A stretch of 19,214 nt of DNA from an uncultured bacterium. Its GTDB lineage: Bacteria > Macinerneyibacteriota > Macinerneyibacteria > Macinerneyibacteriales > DSCS01. The number at the start of each line of letters is the position of its first letter. Within the stretch, counting starts at the first letter, position 1. The notes beneath the pieces were generated by a model, which was given only the letters and a program-made list of their open reading frames with translations, was not told the DNA's origin and did no database searches. Below, piece after piece: positions 1 through 8,654 of the stretch. The position numbers were made by a program, and so were the translations under genes. The DNA lies in assembly GCA_964548195.1 (NCBI GenBank), contig CAZJQC010000025.1, forward strand, positions 1-19,214, read 5' to 3'.

Positions 1-921
1 TGCGATGCGTTTTTGCAGAAGCATGTCGTCCGCATAATGCTCTATTACGAGACCATATAAAGTGAGTTTTTCCATGACGCTTGCGGGAGAGTCCGTATGC
101 AGATGTATGCGAAAAAAATCCTCGTCACCGATTACGATGAGTGATTCGCCGAAAGGCTTCAATGAAGAGACGAGCTCCGCCTTTTTTTTCCCGGATCTGA
201 TGTACGCGTTGAAACAATATCTGTGCGTCATGTCATTGTGTTCATGCGAGTCTCCCCGGCCTGCTCCCGCAACTGTTTCCAACGGGACGGAGGCGGTTTT
301 TATCACGGTTTTCTGTTTGAATATATTCAGCATCCCTTCAAGGAAATAGACAAACCCCAGCGCGCCTGCGTCCACACTGCCGTGTTCGCGGTTTTCTTTC
401 AGCATGTTGCGCGTTTTTTTAAGTGATTTTTGAGCGGTCTCAAATGCGGATTCAAACATATTGTGAAAATCCGAAGCCGTATTGCAGGCATTTTCCACGG
501 CTTCGCTCCACTCCCGTATCACCGTGAGCATCGTGCCTTCGACCGGACGTTCAACGGCGTCGTATACATGCGCCGCCGCGCTTTTTGACATGGAGGCCAT
601 GTCAAAAAGGGTGATATGCGTGCAATCCGACATGCCCTTATGCAGCCCCTGTAAAAACTGGGCGAATATCAGTCCAGAATTTCCGCGGGCGGACCTCAAT
701 GCCTGCTCGGCTACGGATGCCAGCGTCAAATAAGCCGATGCCTTGGAATGGGTGACTCTTGTGATAGGCTTCATTGTCAGGGAAAGATTGCTGCCCGTAT
801 CCCCGTCCGGCACGGGATAGAAGTTCAGCCTGTCCAGTTCCTGTCTCCGGGATATCACTTCCGTGGCTCCGTTCCTGAATGCCTGAAAAAGCCTGTGGCC
901 GTTGATGGCGTCGTGTCTCAT
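1..921 (-). CDS. DAK2-domain protein (fatty-acid kinase FakA-like, possibly a DAK2-DegV fusion); 3' end runs off the window
   Basis: Not in the ORF track because no stop lies in the window. Manual translation from ATG at 921 (RBS AGAGGTGA): MRHDAINGHRLFQAFRNGATEVISRRQELDRLNFYPVPDGDTGSNL...ARGNSGLIF...PVEGTMLTVIREW...VDAGALG...RIHLHTDSP...ADDMLLQKRIA. NxxPVPDGDTG, ARGNSG, PVEGT and VDAG are DAK2/FakA signatures. Confidence 0.9.
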   Translation of the reverse strand, partial: MRHDAINGHRLFQAFRNGATEVISRRQELDRLNFYPVPDGDTGSNLSLTMKPITRVTHSKASAYLTLASVAEQALRSARGNSGLIFAQFLQGLHKGMSDCTHITLFDMASMSKSAAAHVYDAVERPVEGTMLTVIREWSEAVENACNTASDFHNMFESAFETAQKSLKKTRNMLKENREHGSVDAGALGFVYFLEGMLNIFKQKTVIKTASVPLETVAGAGRGDSHEHNDMTHRYCFNAYIRSGKKKAELVSSLKPFGESLIVIGDEDFFRIHLHTDSPASVMEKLTLYGLVIEHYADDMLLQKRIA

Positions 922-1023
922 ATCACCTCTTTAGCTCTAATAAAAAAGGGCTGATGATCCATTATAGTGGATATGAAAAAAATATAAATACATAAATGGT
1001 CTCTTTTATCTCAGAAGCTGTGG

Positions 1024-1806
1024 TTATTCATCTTTTGACTTTTTTCTGAAAAAGGGTATGAGCACGGATGTCCGCTTTTTGTAAGCCATGTAATCCTTTT
1101 CCGTGCCCCACCTGGCGTCCGCCTGTTTCTCAAGTATGGGCAGCCCCGTGATAAAAAGCAGCAGAGCCGTGATAAAAAGAGGCCCCGCGAGTGATATCAT
1201 CCTCGCAAAAGGAGCCAGGTGCGGAAAGACGAAAAGCCAGAGGCCCCACCAGCATAATATTTCGCCAAAGTAATTGGGGTGACGGGAATAAGCCCATAAC
1301 CCGCGCTCTATCCAACGCCCTTTGTTCGCATTGTCGGAACGGAATCGGAACTTCTGGGCGTCAGCGGCCGACTCGATTAAAAGCCCCGCGGCCCACACCG
1401 CCGCTCCGGCTAAAGAGAGTCCTGTGAACAAGGGGCGGCCGCCCGCGGCGAGAAGGAAAAAAAATGGCAGCATGAGTATCCAGACAGTCACTCCCTGCAG
1501 TATCCAGAAGCGGATAAATCTACCGAAGTCTTCCCTTATGCCGTCAAAACGCGAATCCCCGCCTGCCTTGTTTATCCGTATGATTAAAAATATACCCAGG
1601 CGTATACCCCATGCCGTGACCATAAAGGCCGCAAAAAGCCTGACCGCGTTTCCGCGCAAGCAGGGTATGCCCGCCAACACAAGCAGTATGAACGTGAGGG
1701 CATACGACATGTCCGTCAATTTATCTGTTTTCTTCAGAAATGCCGGTATGAACATGGCCATCTGTATAAATACAGAGAGAACGAGAAAGATCAGAAATAC
1801 ATGCAT
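1024..1806 (-). CDS. DUF1295 family integral membrane protein (steroid 5-alpha-reductase-like)
   Basis: Multi-TM protein with D.RF, 'ADAQKFRF', 'GLWAYSRHPNYFGE..WWG' and 'Y.AYKKRTS.LIP' motifs. Start placed at ATG 1806 (GGGGGG RBS) rather than TTG 1890. Confidence 0.88.
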   Translation of the reverse strand: MHVFLIFLVLSVFIQMAMFIPAFLKKTDKLTDMSYALTFILLVLAGIPCLRGNAVRLFAAFMVTAWGIRLGIFLIIRINKAGGDSRFDGIREDFGRFIRFWILQGVTVWILMLPFFFLLAAGGRPLFTGLSLAGAAVWAAGLLIESAADAQKFRFRSDNANKGRWIERGLWAYSRHPNYFGEILCWWGLWLFVFPHLAPFARMISLAGPLFITALLLFITGLPILEKQADARWGTEKDYMAYKKRTSVLIPFFRKKSKDE

Positions 1807-1828
1807 ATTTGCCCCCCAGGTTGATTCT

Positions 1829-1857
1829 AATATACCGCCACTTGCATTAGAATACAA
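1829..1857 (-). promoter_or_regulatory. Putative sigma-70 promoter of the DUF1295 gene
   Basis: Minus strand TTGTAT-N17-TATATT ending 22 nt before ATG 1806. Confidence 0.55.
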
Positions 1858-1872
1858 TGAGGCCGGGACATC

Positions 1873-1919
1873 GTCGCAATAAAGCGACAAATAGTGCCGG
1901 TGTGTCGCAATAATGCGAC
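1873..1919. promoter_or_regulatory. Tandem palindromic upstream activator sequences for a sigma-54 enhancer-binding protein
   Basis: GTCGC-AATAAA-GCGAC (1873-1888) and GTCGC-AATAAT-GCGAC (1904-1919), 31 bp apart, about 85-130 bp upstream of the -24 element. Confidence 0.8.
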
Positions 1920-2003
1920 TGTGTCTGTTTTCTTTTTTGCGCGTTATATGTGTAAGTCGCTTATATAGAGCAACATATGGATATGGAGAGGGGGCATGTT
2001 TTT

Positions 2004-2019
2004 TGGCACACTTTATGCT
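2004..2019 (+). promoter_or_regulatory. Sigma-54 (RpoN) -24/-12 promoter of the ORP-like operon
   Basis: TGGCAC-ACTTT-ATGCT with exact GG-N10-GC spacing (GG 2005-2006, GC 2017-2018), followed by RBS AAGGAGAGG and ATG 2046. Confidence 0.85.
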
Positions 2020-2045
2020 TTAATAGTTATTAAAGGAGAGGATAT

Positions 2046-2465
2046 ATGAAAACAGCTTTATCGGTATCAAGGGGAAGGATCGCACCGGTGCTTGACGTAT
2101 CCTGCAGTTTCATAATATTGGATGGAAAGCATAGGGAGGAGCTTGAACTGGCCGAGGACATACATGTGAAGTCTGCACAGCTGGCTGAAGCTGGTGTCAC
2201 GACGCTGGTATGCGGCGCCGTGTCGGGATTTGCCGAACATGTTTTTCTTGCCCGTGGGATAAAGCTTATACCGTTTATATGCGGAGACGCGGAAGCGCTG
2301 ATCGCAGAGATTGAATCCGGTAAAGTCATCGGTGAGGCTTTTCTGATGCCGGGTTGTTGCGGAAGAAGGAACGGCACGGGCAGGCATCTTAAAGGCAGAC
2401 AGGGATTGAGATGCGGCAATAGAAACGGGAACGGGCCGGGACGAGGCGGACGGTTTAACAGGTAA
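2046..2465 (+). CDS. NifB/NifX-family (dinitrogenase FeMo-cofactor domain) protein with Gly/Arg-rich tail, ORP-cluster type
   Basis: 'MKTALSV..GRIAPVLDV', 'GVTTLVCGAVS', 'GIKLIPFICG', 'FLMPGCC' then a GR-rich tail; strong RBS. Confidence 0.8.
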   Translation: MKTALSVSRGRIAPVLDVSCSFIILDGKHREELELAEDIHVKSAQLAEAGVTTLVCGAVSGFAEHVFLARGIKLIPFICGDAEALIAEIESGKVIGEAFLMPGCCGRRNGTGRHLKGRQGLRCGNRNGNGPGRGGRFNR

Positions 2466-2484
2466 TAAATGAAAGGAGACATAT

Positions 2485-2832
2485 ATGCCAAGAGGAGACA
2501 GAACGGGACCTAATGGAGCTGGTCAGATGACAGGAAGGGCGAGAGGTTATTGCGCCGGATACGGTGAGCCCGGATACACGGATAATTTCGGACGCGGAGG
2601 CGGATTCGGACGCGGAGGCGGAAGAGGGCGTTTTTTTACCGGAGGGGGACGCGGCGCGGGCTTTTCCGGTTATGGCCGTTCTTTTTACGCGGGCGCATCT
2701 TACGCGCAGCCAAGGTCGTATACGGCGGCCGAAGAGGCTGAGGGCCTTAAAGCCGAGATGAAAAACATCGAAGAGAGAATAGAATATATCAGCAAGAGGC
2801 TCAATGAGATCAATACGGAAAAAAGCGAATAA
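2485..2832 (+). CDS. DUF5320 family protein (ORP-cluster associated)
   Basis: N-terminal MPRGDRTGPxGxGxMTGRxxGYC signature, GRGGG-rich middle, C-terminal coiled coil; RBS AAAGGAG. Confidence 0.88.
   Translation: MPRGDRTGPNGAGQMTGRARGYCAGYGEPGYTDNFGRGGGFGRGGGRGRFFTGGGRGAGFSGYGRSFYAGASYAQPRSYTAAEEAEGLKAEMKNIEERIEYISKRLNEINTEKSE
2587..2622 (+). repeat. Perfect 18-bp in-frame tandem duplication (FGRGGG x2) inside DUF5320
   Basis: TTCGGACGCGGAGGCGGA at 2587-2604 and 2605-2622. Confidence 0.9.
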
Positions 2833-2855
2833 GCGCACAACTGAGGAGGCTTGAC

Positions 2856-3218
2856 ATGAAGATAGCGATACCAGTCAGTGAGAAGAAGAGCAATGGTGAA
2901 ATTGACCGAAGGTTCGGACGAGCTCCGTTCTTCGCGATCTTTGACGCTGAGACCAGGGAATTTGCATACGTGGAAAACACGCAGAACCTGAACAGCGCTC
3001 AGGGAGCGGGCATACAGTCGGCTGAAAATATTGTCAAGGCGGGAGCGGAAGTACTGCTTACCTCTTCCTGCGGCCCAAAAGCTTTCAAGGTGCTGGCTGC
3101 GTCAGATGTAAAAGTCATCACCGGTGTTTTCGGCAATGTGGATGACGCGATTAAAAAATTTGAAGCCGGCGAATACAAGGCTGCTGATGGCGCTGACGTG
3201 GAGGGACATTGGGTCTGA
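2856..3218 (+). CDS. NifB/NifX-family Mo-Fe cluster-binding protein (orange protein / MTH1175-like)
   Basis: 'MKIAIP...IDRRFGRAPFF', 'N.QNLNSAQGAGIQSA', 'CGPKAF', C-terminal 'ADVEGHW'; RBS GAGGAGG. Confidence 0.9.
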   Translation: MKIAIPVSEKKSNGEIDRRFGRAPFFAIFDAETREFAYVENTQNLNSAQGAGIQSAENIVKAGAEVLLTSSCGPKAFKVLAASDVKVITGVFGNVDDAIKKFEAGEYKAADGADVEGHWV

Positions 3219-4063
3219 CAGTGGCCGTGGCTTCCGGTAAGGGTGGAACGGGTAAGACTACCATAGCCGTCAACCTTGCTCAGGTAGCTGATGAGCCTAT
3301 AACCCTTATTGACTGTGATGTGGAGGAACCCAACGGAAGATTTTTCATCAGGATGGAAAAGCCGAAGCATCTGGCTGACGCAACGGTAAAGGTACCCTCG
3401 ATCGATGCCGGCCGTTGCATCTCATGCGGGAAATGCGCCGAGTTCTGTGAGTATAATGCATTGGCGATGACAAAGAAGGGCGTCATGCTGTTTTCCGAGC
3501 TATGTCACGGATGCGGAGGTTGCGTTTTGGTATGTCCTGTGCAGGCGATAACGGAGAGAGACCGCGTGATCGGTGTGATTGAAGAGGGGGCCGCCGCAAA
3601 TATTGACTTCTATCAGGGCATATTGAATGTGGGGGAAGTCATGTCGCCTCCTCTCATCAGAACGGTAAAAAATGTGAAAAGAAATCCGATGACAATACTT
3701 GACAGCCCTCCCGGCACTTCATGTCCGATGATCACTGCTGTCACTGACAGTGATTTTGTCGTGCTTGTGACCGAACCGACACCGTTCGGCATGAATGACC
3801 TCGTGCTTGCAGTGGAGGCGCTGCGCGCGATCGGGATCCCGTTTGGCGTGGTGATTAACCGTGACGGGTCCGGCGACGATAAGGTCGACAAGTATTGTGA
3901 AATGGAAAATATCGAAATACTTGCGCGTGTGCCCGATGACCGGCGGGTGGCGGTGGCTTACTCAAAGGGTATCGCGGCGGTAAAACTGATGCCTGAATAT
4001 AAAAAACTTTTCACTGTCTTATACAAAAAAGTGAAAGAGCGCGCAGGGGGGGCCGTATCATGA
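3209..4063 (+). CDS. MinD-superfamily P-loop ATPase with inserted 2x[4Fe-4S] ferredoxin domain (COG1149-like)
   Basis: Deviant Walker A SGKGGTGKT, DCDVEEPN, CxxCxxCxxxC motifs (CISCGKCAEFC, CHGCGGCVLVCP), DSPPGTSCP, VTEPTPFG. TTG start overlaps the end of the upstream gene. Confidence 0.92.
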   Translation: MGLTVAVASGKGGTGKTTIAVNLAQVADEPITLIDCDVEEPNGRFFIRMEKPKHLADATVKVPSIDAGRCISCGKCAEFCEYNALAMTKKGVMLFSELCHGCGGCVLVCPVQAITERDRVIGVIEEGAAANIDFYQGILNVGEVMSPPLIRTVKNVKRNPMTILDSPPGTSCPMITAVTDSDFVVLVTEPTPFGMNDLVLAVEALRAIGIPFGVVINRDGSGDDKVDKYCEMENIEILARVPDDRRVAVAYSKGIAAVKLMPEYKKLFTVLYKKVKERAGGAVS

Positions 4064-4938
4064 CGGAATTGACTATTATCAGCGGGAAAGGCGGTACCGG
4101 CAAGACCAGTGTCACCGCCTCCTTCGCCGCTTTGGCTAAGAATGCCGTCTTCGCCGATTGCGATGTGGATGCGGCGAACATGCATCTTGTGATGGTGCCG
4201 GACATTAAAAAGACCGTTGTGTTCACAGGCGGAAAGTCGGCGGCGATAGAGGCCGAAAAGTGTATCGGATGCGGCAAATGTTATAAACATTGCAGGTATG
4301 GCGCGATCAAACCTGCTGAAGACGGTAAATATAAAGTAAATGAATACGCATGCGAAGGCTGCGGGGTCTGTGCCCGGGTATGTCCCGCCGACGCGGTGCG
4401 TTTCGAGGAAGCCGAGTCGGGCGAGTGGTATGTCTCGGACACAAGGTTCGGGACGATGGTCCATGCAAAATTGTATACAGCGGCTGAAAACTCAGGTAAA
4501 CTCGTGTCCGAAGTGAGGATGGAAGCGCGCAAAAGAGCCAAAGAGGCGAATGCTGAATGGCTGCTGGTGGACGGGCCTCCCGGAATAGGTTGTCCCGTGA
4601 TCGCATCGATCACAGGGACAAACGGCATTCTCGTGGTCACCGAGCCCACAGTGTCAGGCATGCACGACCTTGAGAGAGTGCTCGGCCTGGCGGCTCATTT
4701 CGCTCTGCCGGCGTATCTTTGTGTCAACAAGTGGGACCTTAATGAGGAGATGACAGAGAATATCGAAAAAATGGCGGCAGATTTGGGTTGTATTTCCGTG
4801 GGGCGTATCAGATATGACAATGCCGTGACATCTGCACAGGTGGCGTTTAAGACTGTCATAGAACACGGAGGCGAAGCGGCTGAGGATATAAAAGAGATCT
4901 GGAAAAACCTGAAAAGCAGGTTTAAGGAGGAGAGATGA
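4060..4938 (+). CDS. Second MinD-superfamily P-loop ATPase with inserted 2x[4Fe-4S] ferredoxin domain
   Basis: SGKGGTGKT, DCDVDAAN, CIGCGKCYKHC, CEGCGVCARVCP, ENSGKLV, DGPPGIGCPV, VTEPT; ATGA overlap with the previous gene. Confidence 0.92.
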   Translation: MTELTIISGKGGTGKTSVTASFAALAKNAVFADCDVDAANMHLVMVPDIKKTVVFTGGKSAAIEAEKCIGCGKCYKHCRYGAIKPAEDGKYKVNEYACEGCGVCARVCPADAVRFEEAESGEWYVSDTRFGTMVHAKLYTAAENSGKLVSEVRMEARKRAKEANAEWLLVDGPPGIGCPVIASITGTNGILVVTEPTVSGMHDLERVLGLAAHFALPAYLCVNKWDLNEEMTENIEKMAADLGCISVGRIRYDNAVTSAQVAFKTVIEHGGEAAEDIKEIWKNLKSRFKEER

Positions 4939-5267
4939 AAATAGCAATACCATTGGCAGAAGGAAAATTGGCGCAGCATTTCGGGCATTGTGCCTCATTT
5001 GCTATAATAGAGATCGCCGACGGAAAGATCGTCGGAAGGGAAGACCTGATCCCTCCGCCGCATGAACCCGGCGTGCTCCCGCAGTGGCTTCACGAGCAGG
5101 GCGCGGATGTGATCATCGCTGGCGGCATGGGAAGCAGGGCTCAGCAGCTCTTCACTCAAAACGGCATCAAAGTCATGGTGGGTTCGCCTGCCAATGAGCC
5201 GGAACTGCTGGTTAAATCCTATATGGAAGGCACATTGGCCACAGGCGAAAACCTTTGCGACCACTGA
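4935..5267 (+). CDS. NifB/NifX-family protein (stand-alone dinitrogenase FeMo-co domain)
   Basis: 'MKIAIPLAEGKLAQHFGHC', 'PPPHEPGVLPQWL', 'IIAGGMG', C-terminal 'GENLCDH'; ATGA overlap. Confidence 0.9.
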   Translation: MKIAIPLAEGKLAQHFGHCASFAIIEIADGKIVGREDLIPPPHEPGVLPQWLHEQGADVIIAGGMGSRAQQLFTQNGIKVMVGSPANEPELLVKSYMEGTLATGENLCDH

Positions 5268-5288
5268 AGCGGCCGTGAAAAAGGGTAT

Positions 5289-6107
5289 GTGAAGATCATG
5301 CGTGTGATTACATTATCCGAGGACTCCGCGGCGGCGGGCGGACTGCTTCATGAGCACGGATTGTCATTTTTCATACATACCGGCAAAGACAATATCATCT
5401 TTGATACGGGACAGGGCGGCGTTATTGAACACAACGCCGCCCTTCTTGACGTCCCGCTTGAAACGGCCCCGCTTATTATAATAAGCCACGGGCATTATGA
5501 TCATGCAAACGGACTGCCCTCAGCCTGCCGGAGATCGCCTTCAGCCGGCATCGTCATACATCCGGAGGCGTTGTCGCCTAAATACTCGAGAGACGGCCGT
5601 TACATAGGCATGTCTCCGAAAGCGATCGAGTCGTTACGCAATAACGCCCGCGTCCTTTACGCCGAAAAACCGGCGGAGGTCATGCCGGGCGTATTCATCT
5701 CCGGAGAGATTGCGAGAACGACAGATTTTGAAGAGACAGAAGGGACCTTTTTCAGGGATCCCGGCCTGGCGCATGAGGACTTGCTCAGTGACGATATGTC
5801 CTTAGCCATTATAACAAAACAGGGGCTTGTCATAATCTCGGGATGCGCCCATTCCGGGATCATAAACACTGTGATGCACATGAAAAAAGTGACGGGATGC
5901 GACAGGATCCTTGCGGTGATGGGCGGTTTTCATCTTGTAGGCGCTTCGGAACATCGCATCGCAAGTACGGTCGATGCGATGTCGCTGCTCGCTCCCGAAA
6001 AGATATATGCGGGCCACTGCACCGGCGAAAAAGCCCTGGCTGCCCTGGAGAGACGTTTCGGCGGACGCATGGAAAGATTGTATCCCGGAAAGCATATCAC
6101 AATCTGA
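5289..6107 (+). CDS. MBL-fold metallo-hydrolase (COG1237-like)
   Basis: EHGLS, FDTG, SHGHYDH (HxHxDH), GCAHSG, GGFHL, GHCTG motifs. Start is GTG 5289 or ATG 5298. Confidence 0.9.
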   Translation: MKIMRVITLSEDSAAAGGLLHEHGLSFFIHTGKDNIIFDTGQGGVIEHNAALLDVPLETAPLIIISHGHYDHANGLPSACRRSPSAGIVIHPEALSPKYSRDGRYIGMSPKAIESLRNNARVLYAEKPAEVMPGVFISGEIARTTDFEETEGTFFRDPGLAHEDLLSDDMSLAIITKQGLVIISGCAHSGIINTVMHMKKVTGCDRILAVMGGFHLVGASEHRIASTVDAMSLLAPEKIYAGHCTGEKALAALERRFGGRMERLYPGKHITI

Positions 6108-6137
6108 ATGCTCCCGATCTCGAACCATTTTTAATTA

Positions 6138-6166
6138 TTGAGCGTATTCATATTTTGTTGTATAAT
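6138..6166 (+). promoter_or_regulatory. Sigma-70 promoter of the diguanylate cyclase gene
   Basis: TTGAGC-N17-TATAAT, then RBS AAGGGGA and TTG 6186. Confidence 0.7.
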
Positions 6167-6185
6167 CGTCAAAAAAGGGGATTTT

Positions 6186-7706
6186 TTGATATATAAAAGG
6201 ACTTCAGGCAAGTATTTTTTATCGATCTCGGCTTTTACCCTGGTGTTTGCCGCTTTGCTCTTCATCAACAGAGCTGGTTATCTCAGGGATGAAAGTGCTG
6301 AGAATGCTCATAACACCCGAAAACTGAACGATGAGGTCAATGTCATCACCAATACGTATCACATAATGACAGATATTATTTTTGAGGAGATAGTGAACCG
6401 GCCCGAAGTGATATATTATCTGGCCGACTCAAGCCGAAACCCCGCCAATAAGGAGAAAAACCGCGCGCTGCTTGAAAAGAAGCTTCGCGGACTATACAGT
6501 CTGCTTCTCGAACACAATTACAGGCAGCTTCATTTCCATCTGCCGGATTCCGAAAGCTTTTTGCGTATGCACAGGCCGGGAAAATACGGCGATATTCTAA
6601 AGGGTTTCCGGGATACGATAAAATATGTGATGGAAAACAGGCGGCCGTCCTCCGGTTTCGAGGAGGGCCGCATATTCAACGGGTACCGCTTTGTTTACCC
6701 GCTGTTTTACGAGGGTCTTTATGCCGGCAGCGTGGAGATCAGTCTCTCCATGGGGGCGATCAACAGGATCATGGAGGAGATGTTCGCCAGGCAATATGGT
6801 TTTATGATCAGGAAAGATGTAGTTGAAAGCAAGGTGTTTGAGTCCGAACTGGAAAATTATGAATCCTGCGGCATTTCTGACGATTATCTTATAGACAAAG
6901 AGGTTGAAAGCAGGACCATATGTGATAGGTTTGAACAGTTGAAAGCCGATAATACAGGAAAATATAAAAAAATACGCGCTCTTGTCGACTCCGGAAAAAG
7001 CTTCTGCATAAACCTGCCCGGAAAGTATGGTGGCAGTTTCATCTTCATCTCAGTGGAAAATTTTTCAGGGCGGCATGTGGGTTATGTGCTTACGGAGGAA
7101 GACGGCGCTGTTTACCGGCAGCTCCGCCGGGATTATATGACCGACACCGCGATGCTCATAACAATATACCTTTTGCTGGCTTCCGGTTTTGTCTTTGTGA
7201 TATATTCGCGCGAAAAGTTCAGGCATATCGCGGTACACGACAAAGTCACAGGCGCTTTTTCAAGGCATATGTTCTATGAGGTGTTCGAAAAGATGGTACA
7301 CAAAATACGCAGAAACGAGAGCACCATGGCAGTGATCATGGCCGACGTGGACGATTTTAAAAGCATCAATGACAGGCATGGCCATTTTACCGGCGACAAG
7401 GTGCTCAAACATCTGACGGAAGTCTTTGTCCGGAACATACGACACAGCGATTATGTGGCCAGATGGGGCGGCGAAGAATTCATGATACTGCTTAACGACA
7501 TAAATATGGAAAACGGGAAAAAAGTCGCTGAAAAGCTTCGTGGCGCCGTGGAGACGGAAGATTTTCCGAAAGTCGGAAGGGTCACATGCAGTTTCGGAAT
7601 ATGCGAGGTGAATTGCGAAAATGCCAATGTGGAAGAGATACTTAACGACGTCGACGGGCTTTTATACAGAGCCAAACACAATGGCAAAAACCGTGTGGAG
7701 TATTGA
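6186..7706 (+). CDS. Membrane sensor diguanylate cyclase (TM - Cache-type sensor - TM - GGDEF)
   Basis: N-terminal TM; 'QLHFHLPDSESFLRMHRPGKYGD', 'GFEEGR..NGYRFVYPL' Cache-like motifs; second TM; 'D.DDFKSINDRHGH..GD' and RHSD-YVARW-GGEEF (intact A-site and RxxD I-site). Start moved to TTG 6186 on RBS and promoter position. Confidence 0.9.
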   Translation: MIYKRTSGKYFLSISAFTLVFAALLFINRAGYLRDESAENAHNTRKLNDEVNVITNTYHIMTDIIFEEIVNRPEVIYYLADSSRNPANKEKNRALLEKKLRGLYSLLLEHNYRQLHFHLPDSESFLRMHRPGKYGDILKGFRDTIKYVMENRRPSSGFEEGRIFNGYRFVYPLFYEGLYAGSVEISLSMGAINRIMEEMFARQYGFMIRKDVVESKVFESELENYESCGISDDYLIDKEVESRTICDRFEQLKADNTGKYKKIRALVDSGKSFCINLPGKYGGSFIFISVENFSGRHVGYVLTEEDGAVYRQLRRDYMTDTAMLITIYLLLASGFVFVIYSREKFRHIAVHDKVTGAFSRHMFYEVFEKMVHKIRRNESTMAVIMADVDDFKSINDRHGHFTGDKVLKHLTEVFVRNIRHSDYVARWGGEEFMILLNDINMENGKKVAEKLRGAVETEDFPKVGRVTCSFGICEVNCENANVEEILNDVDGLLYRAKHNGKNRVEY

Positions 7707-7780
7707 AGGGCAAACGACCTGAGCGTATCTTTTTTGTATCCTCCTGCATAAGGCGGCCGGTTGCGAGCCTCCGACATGCG

Positions 7781-7812
7781 TGAAACTTATTAATCTTTCT
7801 GATTGTCCCATA
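7781..7812 (+). promoter_or_regulatory. Putative ECF sigma-factor promoter (copy 1, DUF975)
   Basis: TGAAAC-N17-TGTCCCATA, resembling SigW/SigM/SigV-type TGAAAC...CGTC promoters. Confidence 0.6.
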
Positions 7813-7845
7813 GAAAACGGCAAATTAATATGTAACGGAGGTATT

Positions 7846-8451
7846 ATGAATGAGATAAGGATGAGTCATGAACTAAGGGCGGAGGCGCGGTCTTTGCTCA
7901 ACGGCAAATGGGGGACTCCTATCGGTGTCACCGTCATTTTGGGTCTGATCACACTGGGCGGAAATGCGGTGGCTTCCGTCATGCCGCTGTTCTTCGTGGG
8001 CGAGGTGTTTCTCGCGGGCGCCCTGGGCGCGGGAGTGGCCTATTTTTACATGAACTTTGTAAGGAAAAGCACACCCGTGCTTGAAGATGCCTTTTCCGGG
8101 TTTAAGCACATAGTCAAAGCGGGCGGGGTGAGTTTTTTCGCCAATCTTTTTATCTTTCTTTGGTCGCTGCTTTTCATCGTGCCGGGTATAATCGCGGCTA
8201 TAAGATATTCGCAGGTGTTTTATATTTTTATGGAAAACCCCGAGATGCCGGTCCTTGACATATTAAAGAAAAGCGGCGAGATGATGAAAGGGCATAAAAA
8301 CGAGTATTTTTTCCTGCAGCTCAGCTTCGCCGGCTGGTGGTTTTTAAGCATACTCACCATGGGGCTCGGCTTTCTTTGGCTCATACCCTATCTCAATGCG
8401 GCAAACACATTCTTCTATTTCGATTTAAAAAAAGTCTGCGAATCGGAGTGA
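7846..8451 (+). CDS. DUF975 family membrane protein
   Basis: 'ELRAEARSLLNGKWG', 'FLWSLLFIVPGIIAAIRYSQ', 'S.EMMKGHK...F.LQLSF.GW..L..LT.GLG.LWL.PY'. Start ATG 7846 after GGAGG. Confidence 0.9.
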   Translation: MNEIRMSHELRAEARSLLNGKWGTPIGVTVILGLITLGGNAVASVMPLFFVGEVFLAGALGAGVAYFYMNFVRKSTPVLEDAFSGFKHIVKAGGVSFFANLFIFLWSLLFIVPGIIAAIRYSQVFYIFMENPEMPVLDILKKSGEMMKGHKNEYFFLQLSFAGWWFLSILTMGLGFLWLIPYLNAANTFFYFDLKKVCESE

Positions 8452-8479
8452 CTCCAACATAAACAAAGATCTGTTGCCG

Positions 8480-8511
8480 GCGGGGCCTGAAAGCCCCGCT
8501 TTTTCTTTTTT
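8480..8511 (+). terminator. Rho-independent terminator after DUF975
   Basis: GCGGGGC-CTGAAA-GCCCCGC followed by TTTTTCTTTTTT. Confidence 0.85.
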
Positions 8512-8600
8512 AAGACCATATGATCTTTTATCGGCCATTTTAATTCCGGGGCGGCAATACAGGTCCCGGCCCCGCCCGAAAGCGGACCATATTCGTTTTG

Positions 8601-8630
8601 GGAAACTTTTTTTTCCCGAAAACTGTCATA
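8601..8630 (+). promoter_or_regulatory. Putative ECF sigma-factor promoter (copy 2, lipoprotein A)
   Basis: GGAAAC-N17-TGTCATA, about 25 nt before ATG 8655. Confidence 0.55.
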
Positions 8631-8654
8631 TCCATATAAAAGAAAGGAGCACTG

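Noticed and set aside
62..954. Four short plus-strand ORFs
   Set aside because: They are antisense shadows of the minus-strand DAK2 gene, which has clear family motifs.
2046..5267. Nitrogen-fixation cluster
   Set aside because: Only small NifB/NifX-like domains and MinD-type ATPases; no nifH, nifD or nifK.
7707..7780. AGGGCAAAC just after the diguanylate cyclase, like the start of a c-di-GMP-I riboswitch
   Set aside because: No GAAA-tetraloop hairpin or GCAAA junction follows, so the structure cannot be built.
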